NCBI GenBank assembly: GCA_046329965.1
Contig: JAXLTR010000011.1
Location: 142,418-206,417, forward strand
Source of the DNA: Bacteroidales bacterium
GTDB lineage: Bacteria; Bacteroidota; Bacteroidia; Bacteroidales; NBLH01
Reading direction: 5' to 3'
DNA: 64,000 bases
Shown here: positions 37,874 to 45,712 of the stretch, in pieces
Numbering within the stretch: position 1 is the stretch's first letter
How the letters are laid out: every line of letters starts with the position of its first letter
Made by a program: the position numbers and the translations under genes
Notes under the pieces: generated by a model
What the model was told of the DNA's origin: nothing
The model's database searches: none
The model's input: the letters and a program-made list of their open reading frames with translations, nothing else

Positions 37874-39484
37874 TTATTTTGCTTCAACCGGAAGCAAATC
37901 TTTCGTATTTAAATTTGATTTGGTAAAAATTCCCAATACGCCTTTAAAACCTACTGTCATAACAATATTTATGAAAAACGCCAGAAATGAAAGGAGTAGT
38001 AATGAACCTGCAAGTGCAGCCAATATCATATACAAATCAAACTCACCGTTGTGATATACTGTTCTGCGCAACATTCCCTTTAATCCGGCCATTCCCATAA
38101 AAGCACCCATTCCGATACCTCCGATCAAATGTGCCCAGAAATGGAAATTGGCCAATTTCTGGCTGTAAAGTTTTGCACCATTGGTTAAAATTGGCAGCAA
38201 CAAATAAATGGCTGAATACAAGGTCATAGTTAATCCTACCAAGATAGCTACATGTACATGTGGTCCAACAATCCATTGGGTGTTATGTAAGATGCGGTTC
38301 AAGCCCAAATCGGCCTGCATAATGCCAGCTGGTACTGCCAGGGCAAAGCCCAATAAACCACCCAGTAAAAACTGGAGCGGGTTGCTCATTTTTAGTGGCC
38401 GGGCCTGCCATAAGGTAGCTAAGGTAATAAAAAAGGCCAGTCCCTGGGTGATTAGTTCAAAAGCAGTAAGCATTTCACCGGAGAATATTTTCAAAAATCC
38501 GGGTTGTGCCTGATCCGACATTAAGTGGTGTGACCAAACAAACCATGAAACAATCATTTCGACCAGTAAAGCTATTCTTGCCCACTTTTCCATGAAAATT
38601 TTCTTTCCGGTAATCAGGCTTGCAAGAAGGTACCAGGTACCGGCAACAAAAATCAAAACCAATCCGTCAGCAATCAGGTCAAGTCCCCACCAGAACCAAT
38701 TTTTATATAGCAAGGCATCAATGGCCGAATGTTTCAGATCTGTGCCAAACAAAGCGGCTATCATGTATACCAGTATTAATACGCCTGTAAATGTAATGAT
38801 ACCGGCGTTTAACAAAGTATCTACCGTACCCCGGGCTATAGCTGCCACAGGTGTTGAAACATAATAAGTTCCATCGGCATTTTTCAATCGTTTAAATCCC
38901 AATGCTGAAATAAGCACTCCTTTGGGTTGTTTTTCATGTCCTTCGGGGTTGTAGCTGATGGTTTTAAAGATATTGAACACCCAAAGGAGTGTTCCTACCA
39001 TTACAAGTGCAATTCCCAAAATAAAGAATGTTCCGCCCAACACGCTGAATTGTGTGAAATCGGCAGGTAGCGGCCAGTATAAGGTGTACAGAGGTGAATA
39101 ATGCGATAGGAATCCGGCAAACCAGAATGTGAAAGTACCAATGGCAATCAGCCACAAGGTATAATTGGCCAGTTTAAAACTCCACAAGGGTTTCTTCATT
39201 AAAAAGGGCACCAAAAAAAGGAAAGCGCCAAATACAATAGAATAGGAAGAACCGAAAATCCCAACCAACGGGTGGGCAGTCATAATGGCAAAGTATTGTT
39301 TGTCATCCATCATTACTCCTGGTGTTACCAGATGCATCCGCATAATTAAACCTTCCAGAACAGCAAAAAGATAATAAACCAAGCCTACCACCACAAAGCG
39401 GAGGGTCAGTTTTTGCATGGGTGTTAAGGATTTTACATTGAATAATCCCTGTTCACCATTTATAAATGTATTGATAAAACTCAT
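37874..39484 (-). CDS. Haem-copper-oxidase superfamily subunit I with NO-reductase-like active-site substitutions
   Basis: 536 aa with about 12-13 TM helices. The haem His ligands are retained ('MTAHPLVG' H71; 'GPHVHVA' H409/H411), as is the HH pair ('WSHHLM' H319/H320). The helix-VI motif reads 'FWWGLDLIADG' (38663-38698), where oxidases have 'WW.GHP.VY' and cNOR has 'WW..HLWVEG'. Confidence 0.85.
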   Translation of the reverse strand: MSFINTFINGEQGLFNVKSLTPMQKLTLRFVVVGLVYYLFAVLEGLIMRMHLVTPGVMMDDKQYFAIMTAHPLVGIFGSSYSIVFGAFLFLVPFLMKKPLWSFKLANYTLWLIAIGTFTFWFAGFLSHYSPLYTLYWPLPADFTQFSVLGGTFFILGIALVMVGTLLWVFNIFKTISYNPEGHEKQPKGVLISALGFKRLKNADGTYYVSTPVAAIARGTVDTLLNAGIITFTGVLILVYMIAALFGTDLKHSAIDALLYKNWFWWGLDLIADGLVLIFVAGTWYLLASLITGKKIFMEKWARIALLVEMIVSWFVWSHHLMSDQAQPGFLKIFSGEMLTAFELITQGLAFFITLATLWQARPLKMSNPLQFLLGGLLGFALAVPAGIMQADLGLNRILHNTQWIVGPHVHVAILVGLTMTLYSAIYLLLPILTNGAKLYSQKLANFHFWAHLIGGIGMGAFMGMAGLKGMLRRTVYHNGEFDLYMILAALAGSLLLLSFLAFFINIVMTVGFKGVLGIFTKSNLNTKDLLPVEAK

Positions 39485-39508
39485 AGTAAAATGTATTTAA
39501 TGAATAAA

Positions 39509-40054
39509 TTAATAAACTATCACAACATCCTTTACCACCATATTGTAACCTTTCCAGCCTGAATATTCGGTGGAGCGAATGGTGAGTACTTCAGGCTTTT
39601 CGAATTTCCAGAGTACATCGTTGATGTGTCCGGGTAATACCTGCATCTGAAACAGCATGGAATTGTCCTGCCTGAAAAGTCCGAAACCATAAGTCAAATC
39701 ATCGGAAGTTACCCTGAAACTAACCAGTTCATTACTTTTGATTTTCAAAGTGTCGGCAGGCAAAATAAACTGATGATCTTTGATGCTGATGTCGAAAACC
39801 TTATCCGCTTTCATTTCGCTGCGATTAAGGTCAATGGGTTTCCACGGTATAGTTTCGTGGGTAACAATGTGTAAACTTACGCCAAGAACTACCAGAAAAC
39901 TTACAAAGGAATAAAAGAGGGTGGGTTTTACCGCACTTTCTTTCCCAGTTCTTGTGATCTGGTAACCAAACCAGGCCATAAGAAGCAGAATAACAACGAC
40001 ATAGAAGGTATATGCCAGAGTTTGTCCATTTAAAACAACTTGTGAATCTACCAT
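39509..40054 (-). CDS. Subunit II-like cupredoxin protein with degenerate CuA site
   Basis: 181 aa with two N-terminal TM helices and a beta-rich domain. 'STEYSGWKGYNM' (39539-39574) aligns position-for-position with the CuA loop C-x-E-x-C-G-x-x-H-x-x-M, with both Cys changed to Ser and His to Gly. The upstream 'DDLTYGF' sits where 'DV.HSF' is expected. Confidence 0.65.
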   Translation of the reverse strand: MVDSQVVLNGQTLAYTFYVVVILLLMAWFGYQITRTGKESAVKPTLFYSFVSFLVVLGVSLHIVTHETIPWKPIDLNRSEMKADKVFDISIKDHQFILPADTLKIKSNELVSFRVTSDDLTYGFGLFRQDNSMLFQMQVLPGHINDVLWKFEKPEVLTIRSTEYSGWKGYNMVVKDVVIVY

Positions 40055-40084
40055 TTTAATTGATTTTTAGTGAATATTTGACTT

Positions 40085-40504
40085 TTATAAAATTGAATTT
40101 TGGTTTATAGTATTTTTTAAATCTGCTAGTTTTGTTGAACTCAGTACTTCATTGATATTTTCCTGAATTGCTGTCCATTTATCATGCATTACACATTTTT
40201 CAGAAAGTGCGCAGTTTCCATAACCAAAAAAGCAATTGTTACTAATAATATTGTCACCTGTTGCCTCAATAATATTTAATAGCGTTAATTGGCCAATATT
40301 TTTTAAAATTTTATAACCTCCATCTTTACCCTGCACACTCTTTAATAATTCATTTTTTGTCATTAATGTTAGCTGCTTACGCAAATATCTGAATGGAATT
40401 TTAAGATTTTCATAGAGTTCATTGGCACTATATAATTTGTTTTCATCAGCTGACATAAAACCGAGTATTTGAAGCGCGTATTCTGTAGTTTTGCTGAAAT
40501 TCAT
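40085..40504 (-). CDS. Rrf2-family regulator (Fe-S type), first gene of the oxidase/NOR-like operon
   Basis: 139 aa. 'TEYALQILGFM' gives the wHTH. 'CFFGYGNCALSEKCVMH' gives C-x6-C-x5-C-x2-H. It ends 30 nt upstream of the subunit II gene. Confidence 0.85.
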   Translation of the reverse strand: MNFSKTTEYALQILGFMSADENKLYSANELYENLKIPFRYLRKQLTLMTKNELLKSVQGKDGGYKILKNIGQLTLLNIIEATGDNIISNNCFFGYGNCALSEKCVMHDKWTAIQENINEVLSSTKLADLKNTINQNSIL

Positions 40505-40519
40505 ATATGATACCTTTTG

Positions 40520-40548
40520 GTAGTATTTAATTATAAAAGTAGTATTTA
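40520..40548. promoter_or_regulatory. Direct repeat GTAGTATTTA x2 (19-bp period) just upstream of the Rrf2 gene start
   Basis: The copies lie at 40520-40529 and 40539-40548, and the gene start is at 40504 (minus strand). This is a candidate operator or promoter element based on position only. Confidence 0.25.
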
Positions 40549-42213
40549 TTTTATTGAAAAGGAAAATTATTTTGAATCTTTTACAAAAGCAAGCAAAATT
40601 TCATTGTAGTTTCCATTTAGTTATTATTCCATCCCTTCGATTTTAAAGCACGAAACCAACTATCAATAAATGATTACCGCTATTGAATTATAAAGAATTG
40701 AGCCAGATATGCAAAATATTCAAATTATAATAATTGTCCAGGAGTAGACACTCAATCTGTATTTATCAACATTCAAACAATAAAATCAACTTTCCCACTG
40801 TGGTGGAAATATTTACTGCAAATCTGGTAAACTTCATTTTACAACTGTTTTATTGCACATATTTTCAACAAAGTGGCTCTTGATGCAATAAATCAAATAT
40901 CTATTGTAGCTATTGTTTGTGGGCGAAACAATCAATCCGCAAAGATAGGCCCGGTCGCAACTTTTCTCATAGCCAGCCCCGATTTTTTTCGGGGAGCGAT
41001 AGCGAATAAACGCAGCAAAAGCTTCCAGCATAAACATTCTTTTCCTTAACTATTCCCGTCTTTGGTCCCTGAGCTTGCCGAAGGGCCTTTTGCACTTATT
41101 GCTCCCTAACACTATATAAATGAAGCATATTACCCTTCAAATATAAAATAATAGAGTTTAAATTAGGGAAATCCCGATTTAGTGAAGCTTATATTGGATA
41201 ATCAATGTTTAGCTGAACTTAATCGGGATTAATTGTTTATATGTTTCATTTTTAAATCTTTCGTTATGGATAAAACTGGTGCATATTTCAGGTTATAGGC
41301 TCAGGCTCGTTATCATCGTTCGCTTTTTAGTTATTATGGTTGCAGGCAGTGTTTTCATTCAGCGCTTCGTTGTTTGCGTTTGGCTTCTTTGGTTCGTTCA
41401 GGTTTTCATAGGGGGCTTTTATAGTTCCCTTGGTTGTTGAGCGCAGTCGAAACATGGACATTGTAGTCGAAATGTTATTAAAGAAAATAGTAACTGTGAT
41501 ACCTTATAACCATGAAACCCTGCAATTTTGAAACCATGGGCATTGAAACCGGAACCACGCTAAGACATACAATTATCACCAGGCACTTTCCCTGCCCCCG
41601 GAAAAAACACTTTGCTGGCGCAAAACTCATTTTTTCCGTGTTCAGGTAAAAAGCCTTATATCTTTGCATTTTGAATCAGCTGTACAATACACATCCGGCA
41701 CATTAAAATTTTACAACTATAAATCCCAAAATCAGTAGACGTAAAATTTTAATAAGCCGGTAAAGAAACTCTGCAAAGGAATAGCTCCCTGGCGATTAAA
41801 AACCTCACATATTAAGCGGTATTCTTTTTTGCCACTGGTAGCCTGGCCTGATTCGGTCTAGGTAAAGAATCTACTTTCTTCGATCTAACTTTATTGGTTC
41901 TGATTCTTCTGTGCTAGGCCAGTCTCCCAGCTTGGGTTTATAAGGTATCCCATCCGGCAGGCTTGTCAAAAAATGCCGCCAGCACAACCAAGCCCCTTTT
42001 TATATCATCCTGATTTTTCTTTTTTGGCATAAAAAGGAGCTTAGTTGCCCTTCGGGTGGCATCTGTAACATGGTCATTGAGCGGAGTCGAAATGCCATGC
42101 TGTCATCATTTTTGAGCTTCACCTGCCGTCTGGTCTGTGCTGCTACTCTTGTCTGGCTGCACTATTCCGTAAACTCCATAAAGCAGCCAGCCAACCGCAG
42201 CACTTTGTTTTGT

Positions 42214-42443
42214 AGCGGGCCCTGCGAGGGTTGCCAGGCGTTTTTCAGTCGGTTATTTTATTCATTCTGATTTGATTTTTAAAGGTAAAATAACCGCCTA
42301 AAAAACTCCAGAGTTGCGTCCGGTCGCCATTTCGTTCCTACATGGACGCCCAGCCACTAAGCTCCAGCATCTTCAAAAGCAGCTCGTACCTCACTTCTCG
42401 CATTTTTTTGCAAGGCTGGCAACCCTACCCGCAGCGGGCCCGC
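42214..42443. repeat. Imperfect GC-rich inverted repeat pair (about 27-30 nt arms) enclosing about 170 bp, with an internal 11-bp perfect hairpin
   Basis: The left arm is AGCGGGCCCTGCGAGGGTTGCCAGGCG (42214-42240). The reverse complement of 42414-42443 is GCGGGCCCGCTGCGGGTAGGGTTGCCAGCC. The inner hairpin is CGGTTATTTTA (42250-42260) with TAAAATAACCG (42286-42296). Confidence 0.6.
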
Positions 42444-42885
42444 GCTCTCGTCGACAGTGCCGTTCTTTGATTTCCATCCGCCGTTCTCGTATCAGGAAAA
42501 AATCTATACCCACCCACCACCCTTTTAAATCAGGGCTTATATTATTAATATTCAACCTAATAAACACTTTATTTAATAAATAAATACCTTAAAATAAAAG
42601 GTTTAGTTCTGAGCAATTTTATAAAGATGTCCTGCATCTTTATATCTTTATTTACCAGCGAATAAAGATTAATATAATCTGATTTTCCACTTTATTCCTT
42701 AAAAATCCTTCAAGAGAGAGGAACTTTGTTTAGCACCCCTGCCAGTATCATTGACTTAACAACTATCCTCAATTTCTTTTATTGTAGATAGCCATTTAAA
42801 TCAAAAAGAAATAAAAAAGGCAGCAACTAAGAATGGCGTTCTCGCTGCCTCCTTATTAGAAAAATTAAAAAAAAGGCAGCAAAGT

Positions 42886-43056
42886 TAAATCAGCCAGATT
42901 AAGAAAAATCAAGGCCAGCTTTATAAATTTTCATTTTTCTATTGTCTATCAGCAAAATTTATAAAGCTGCCAGTGGTTTTAAAAATAAAGTTTGGCTATG
43001 CCCTTTTGATTAAACTTTTTTTTTAAAAGCCTTGCTTTTTCTGCCTGGCTGATTTA
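42886..43056. repeat. Nested palindromes (outer 12 bp, inner 16 bp perfect)
   Basis: The outer arms are TAAATCAGCCAG (42886-42897) and CTGGCTGATTTA (43045-43056). The inner arms are CAGCTTTATAAATTTT (42916-42931) and AAAATTTATAAAGCTG (42954-42969). Confidence 0.7.
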
Positions 43057-43165
43057 TTTGAAAGGCTTTCTTTTTTTCCTTTTTTTCTTTTGGTTTAATA
43101 GGTTTTTGATGTGCGAGCAAAGCGAAGCAATTCAGAGCGATGCTTCAAACTTTAAAACTCGTACT

Positions 43166-43591
43166 ATGAATCAATTCAGTATCAAAACATCAACCATCAA
43201 ACAAGAAATAAGCAACCCTCATTTCTATGTTTTAAACAAAGGTCTAAACTCCGGTAAACCATTACAGGTTCCCTGTCCCAATTGCTTTATAATTCAGAGT
43301 GAAAACGAATAATTTAAAGAAATACTATATTGGATTTCTTTTTCATTATGGAGAGCAAAAGCTTTTCATCCATATTTGCGAGGCTCAGTTATTCCATTTA
43401 TTTGTATTAGAGATTACAAACAACTAATAGTTGAAAAAATCGAAGTCGTAAAAGCAAATCCGGTAAAGTTTGCCGAAACCATCAAGCAACTAAGCTTTAT
43501 TGAAATGAAGGAGAAACAACTAAAAGAAAACATAAGTCTAATCCAGGAGCTAAAAAGGGCTTATGTTTACAGCTATTTTAATAAAAAATGA
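43166..43591 (+). pseudogene. Gene interrupted by a single in-frame TAA (possible HsdS-TRD-like small protein)
   Basis: The ATG at 43166 gives 'MNQFSIKTSTIKQEISNPHFYVLNKGLNSGKPLQVPCPNCFIIQSENE', then TAA (43310-43312). The same frame continues open with 'FKEILYWISFSLWRAKAFHPYLRGSVIPFICIRDYKQLI...KEKQLKENISLIQELKRA' to 43591. The two track ORFs (43058.. and 43376..) share this frame. Confidence 0.55.
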
Positions 43592-43602
43592 TGAGGTAAA
43601 GT

Positions 43603-43642
43603 CAAAAAAAATGCCCGAAAGCATTCGCTCCGGGCATTTTTA
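43603..43642. terminator. Bidirectional intrinsic terminator
   Basis: An A8 run, the stem ATGCCCG (43611-43617) with CGGGCAT (43631-43637), then a T-run. It lies between convergent genes ending at 43591 (+) and 43659 (-). Confidence 0.7.
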
Positions 43643-43658
43643 ATATCAAAACCAAAAA

Positions 43659-43877
43659 TCAATTTCCATCCACAGCGACCTGGCTAATAGTGGTCATTAC
43701 TGCACCTGCAACTGTTAAGTATCCAGCAACTGAAACCAAAATTGCAGGCATAGCTGGAGCCGCAATAATTGCGCCACCAGCCGCCGCCAGGCATAAACCA
43801 ACAGCCCTAAAAATTCTGAATATTCTGGGAGTTGGAGATTTTAGTCGCCTTATTAAAGATAATCTTTCATTTGCCAT
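43659..43877 (-). CDS. Small two-TM Gly/Ala-rich membrane protein
   Basis: 72 aa. A basic N-terminus 'LIRRLKSPTPRIFRIFR' is followed by 'AVGLCLAAAGGAIIAAPAMPAILVSVAGYLTVAGAVMTTI'. It overlaps the upstream gene by 11 nt. Confidence 0.5.
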   Translation of the reverse strand: MANERLSLIRRLKSPTPRIFRIFRAVGLCLAAAGGAIIAAPAMPAILVSVAGYLTVAGAVMTTISQVAVDGN

Positions 43878-44118
43878 CTTTCAATCCTTTAAAAATGAAT
43901 GTTTCAATGTGAATAAGCCTTTTTTCAAGAAATTCAATTTTCTGGTTCATCAATTCATTGATTCCTTTGAATTCAGTCTTAATTAAAGAAGTGGTTGTTT
44001 TCACTTCTGCCAGGTCCTTTTCCACACGTTTAAAATCGCTGTGCAATTGCTTGGTGAAAAATGCCACCATCGAAAGCAGCACCGAAATTATTATCCCAAA
44101 TAGTTGAAATTCGTTCAT
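43867..44118 (-). CDS. Small N-terminally anchored coiled-coil protein
   Basis: 83 aa. A TM segment 'LFGIIISVLLSMVAFF' is followed by a heptad-like 'DLAEVKTTTSLIKTEFKGINELMNQKIEFLEKRL'. The gap to the upstream gene is 3 nt. Confidence 0.5.
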   Translation of the reverse strand: MNEFQLFGIIISVLLSMVAFFTKQLHSDFKRVEKDLAEVKTTTSLIKTEFKGINELMNQKIEFLEKRLIHIETFIFKGLKDGK

Positions 44119-44121
44119 AAC

Positions 44122-44871
44122 TTATGCTACAGCTACAATTGCCAAACTATTGTATGCTCCATTTTTTAATGGATACTGAATACCGTTCATAAGTTGGAAA
44201 AACTCAATTTTCAACAGGTGAACTTTTATTCCGGAACCAACTGGTAAAGCCACAGGGGTTAACACAACTGCATTTGAAGTCAGGTCAATTGGCAGGTTTT
44301 CTTCATTGGTGAGTTGCAAATCCGAAACACCATTTACAAAATCAATATCAGCCATAGCACCATTGATGCTAAAATGAGTAGCCCCTGATGGATAAGCAAT
44401 ATCCTTTTGAGGTACCAGATCATTTATTGTGATCACTCCGGTTAAAGGATCCACAACAAATGCTTTATACAATACTCTACTCAATACGGAGTTCGCATTG
44501 AAATTGAAACCAATCAATAAGGCTTTACCTTCAGGAGTATCCAGACCGATGGAAGGTTGGCGCGAACCTCGAATACTTGTAGTATCCAGGTTAAGTACGT
44601 TTTTCATCAATTGAGTTACTCTGGAAGTAACATAAGTATCAGATGCATCCATCATCAAACTTCTGAGCGTATCCCTTAGAAATTTACCTGTTGAACCTGC
44701 CAGGCCGAATTCTGTATTGTTTTCACGGGTCCTTGCAAAATTGGGGTCATTGGCAATTTTATCAGCAGAAATACTGCTTTTTTCTTTAACAAGAAATTCC
44801 CCATCTTTTTTGTAGAAGGTCATCCCACCCATGGTGCCTTCAATTTTCAAAATTCCTTTTTGCTTTGCCAT
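44122..44871 (-). CDS. Conserved-looking hypothetical protein (no TM, no recognised domain)
   Basis: 249 aa. 'MAKQKGILKIEGTMGGMTFYKKDGEFLVKEKSSISADKIANDPNFARTRENNTEFG'. I believe similar N-termini recur in Bacteroidota hypotheticals, but I cannot name a family. Confidence 0.55.
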   Translation of the reverse strand: MAKQKGILKIEGTMGGMTFYKKDGEFLVKEKSSISADKIANDPNFARTRENNTEFGLAGSTGKFLRDTLRSLMMDASDTYVTSRVTQLMKNVLNLDTTSIRGSRQPSIGLDTPEGKALLIGFNFNANSVLSRVLYKAFVVDPLTGVITINDLVPQKDIAYPSGATHFSINGAMADIDFVNGVSDLQLTNEENLPIDLTSNAVVLTPVALPVGSGIKVHLLKIEFFQLMNGIQYPLKNGAYNSLAIVAVA

Positions 44872-45076
44872 AATCGTAAAATTTAATTAAACAAATTGCT
44901 ATTCATTACAATTTTACGCTAAAAGCTCAACAAATACTGTATGTACAAGCCGAAACAGCCCCTTTTGTCCCAAATGGGAAGTTTCTCCTCATAAATAGTT
45001 AGTATCTTTGTGTCAAAGTCGGGTTAAAGTCATATTAAAGCTATGGTTAATATACCCAAAACTAAGAAATTGGATT

Positions 45077-45268
45077 ATGCAACGAGCCGTAATATATCCA
45101 AAAGATGTGCAACGGATAACAGGTAAAAGCGAGAAATACAGTCGTAGGCTTCTAAAACAGCTAAAAGAGGCCATTGGCAAAGCTGAACACCAGTTTGTAA
45201 GTATAGAAGAATTTGCCAAATACACTGGCTTATCAATAGAACTTATCAAAGAGCACATCATTGATTAA
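45077..45268 (+). CDS. Small helix-turn-helix DNA-binding protein (excisionase/mobile-element type)
   Basis: The track ORF starts at 45008, and the ATG at 45077 gives 63 aa: 'MQRAVIYPKDVQRITGKSEKYSRRLLKQLKEAIGKAEHQFVSIEEFAKYTGLSIELIKEHI'. The pattern is typical of small HTH proteins on Bacteroidota mobile elements (from recall). Confidence 0.5.
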   Translation: MQRAVIYPKDVQRITGKSEKYSRRLLKQLKEAIGKAEHQFVSIEEFAKYTGLSIELIKEHIID

Positions 45269-45509
45269 CAGGCAAATAAATATTATTGCTAGCCTGATTT
45301 TTATTCCCCAAACTAATATTTTTTGAGTTCTTTTGCTTACCTTTGTACTATCAAAGTTCTTTTAAACACAGGGCTCAACACCTAATAAATTAGTACAAAT
45401 TGTATGTACCCTATTAGGTGCCCCAGATTGAAACCGATTATGTAAATAATTGATAATAAGGATTTAAGAGTAAGAGGGTGTCGTCTTTTCACCCCGACAA
45501 ACAAAAATG

Positions 45510-45535
45510 ACCACGTTTAACAGACGTGGTTTTTT
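45510..45535 (+). terminator. Intrinsic-terminator-like hairpin inside repeat unit A
   Basis: ACCACGT (45510-45516), loop TTAACAG, ACGTGGT (45524-45530), then TTTTT. Confidence 0.55.
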
Positions 45536-45686
45536 AATTTATTGAAGCGTCAGCCTGAAAAGGATGTAAGCGAAAGAAAAGTAAAAAACAAGGGCGATAG
45601 CCCGGGCATTTTTGTTTGTTAAAACTTCCCCAAAGTTCGCGAGCCCGTCAGGGCGAGCAATCTTACTACCCCGACAAACAAAAATG

Positions 45687-45712
45687 ACCACGTTTAACAG
45701 ACGTGGTTTTTT
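45687..45712 (+). terminator. Identical terminator-like hairpin inside repeat unit B
   Basis: The sequence is the same as 45510-45535, shifted by 177 bp. Confidence 0.55.

Noticed and set aside
37857-39155. ORFs lie antisense or out of frame to the oxidase subunit I gene (37857-38054+, 38043-38276-, 38208-38513+, 38592-38864+, 38964-39155-).
   Set aside because: - They are shadow ORFs within a 536-aa polytopic membrane protein gene.
- Their translations have no coherent features.
40834-42583. Track ORFs 40834-41037(-), 41478-41669(-), 42070-42270(+) and 42314-42583(+) were considered as possible small genes in the gene-less region.
   Set aside because: - The translations are Arg/Ser/Cys/Pro-rich and overlap GC-rich hairpin repeats (for example 'VIERSRN' comes from the GAGCGGAGTCGAA element).
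- They have no plausible promoter or start context and no family resemblance.
- They are more likely artefacts of repeat sequence.
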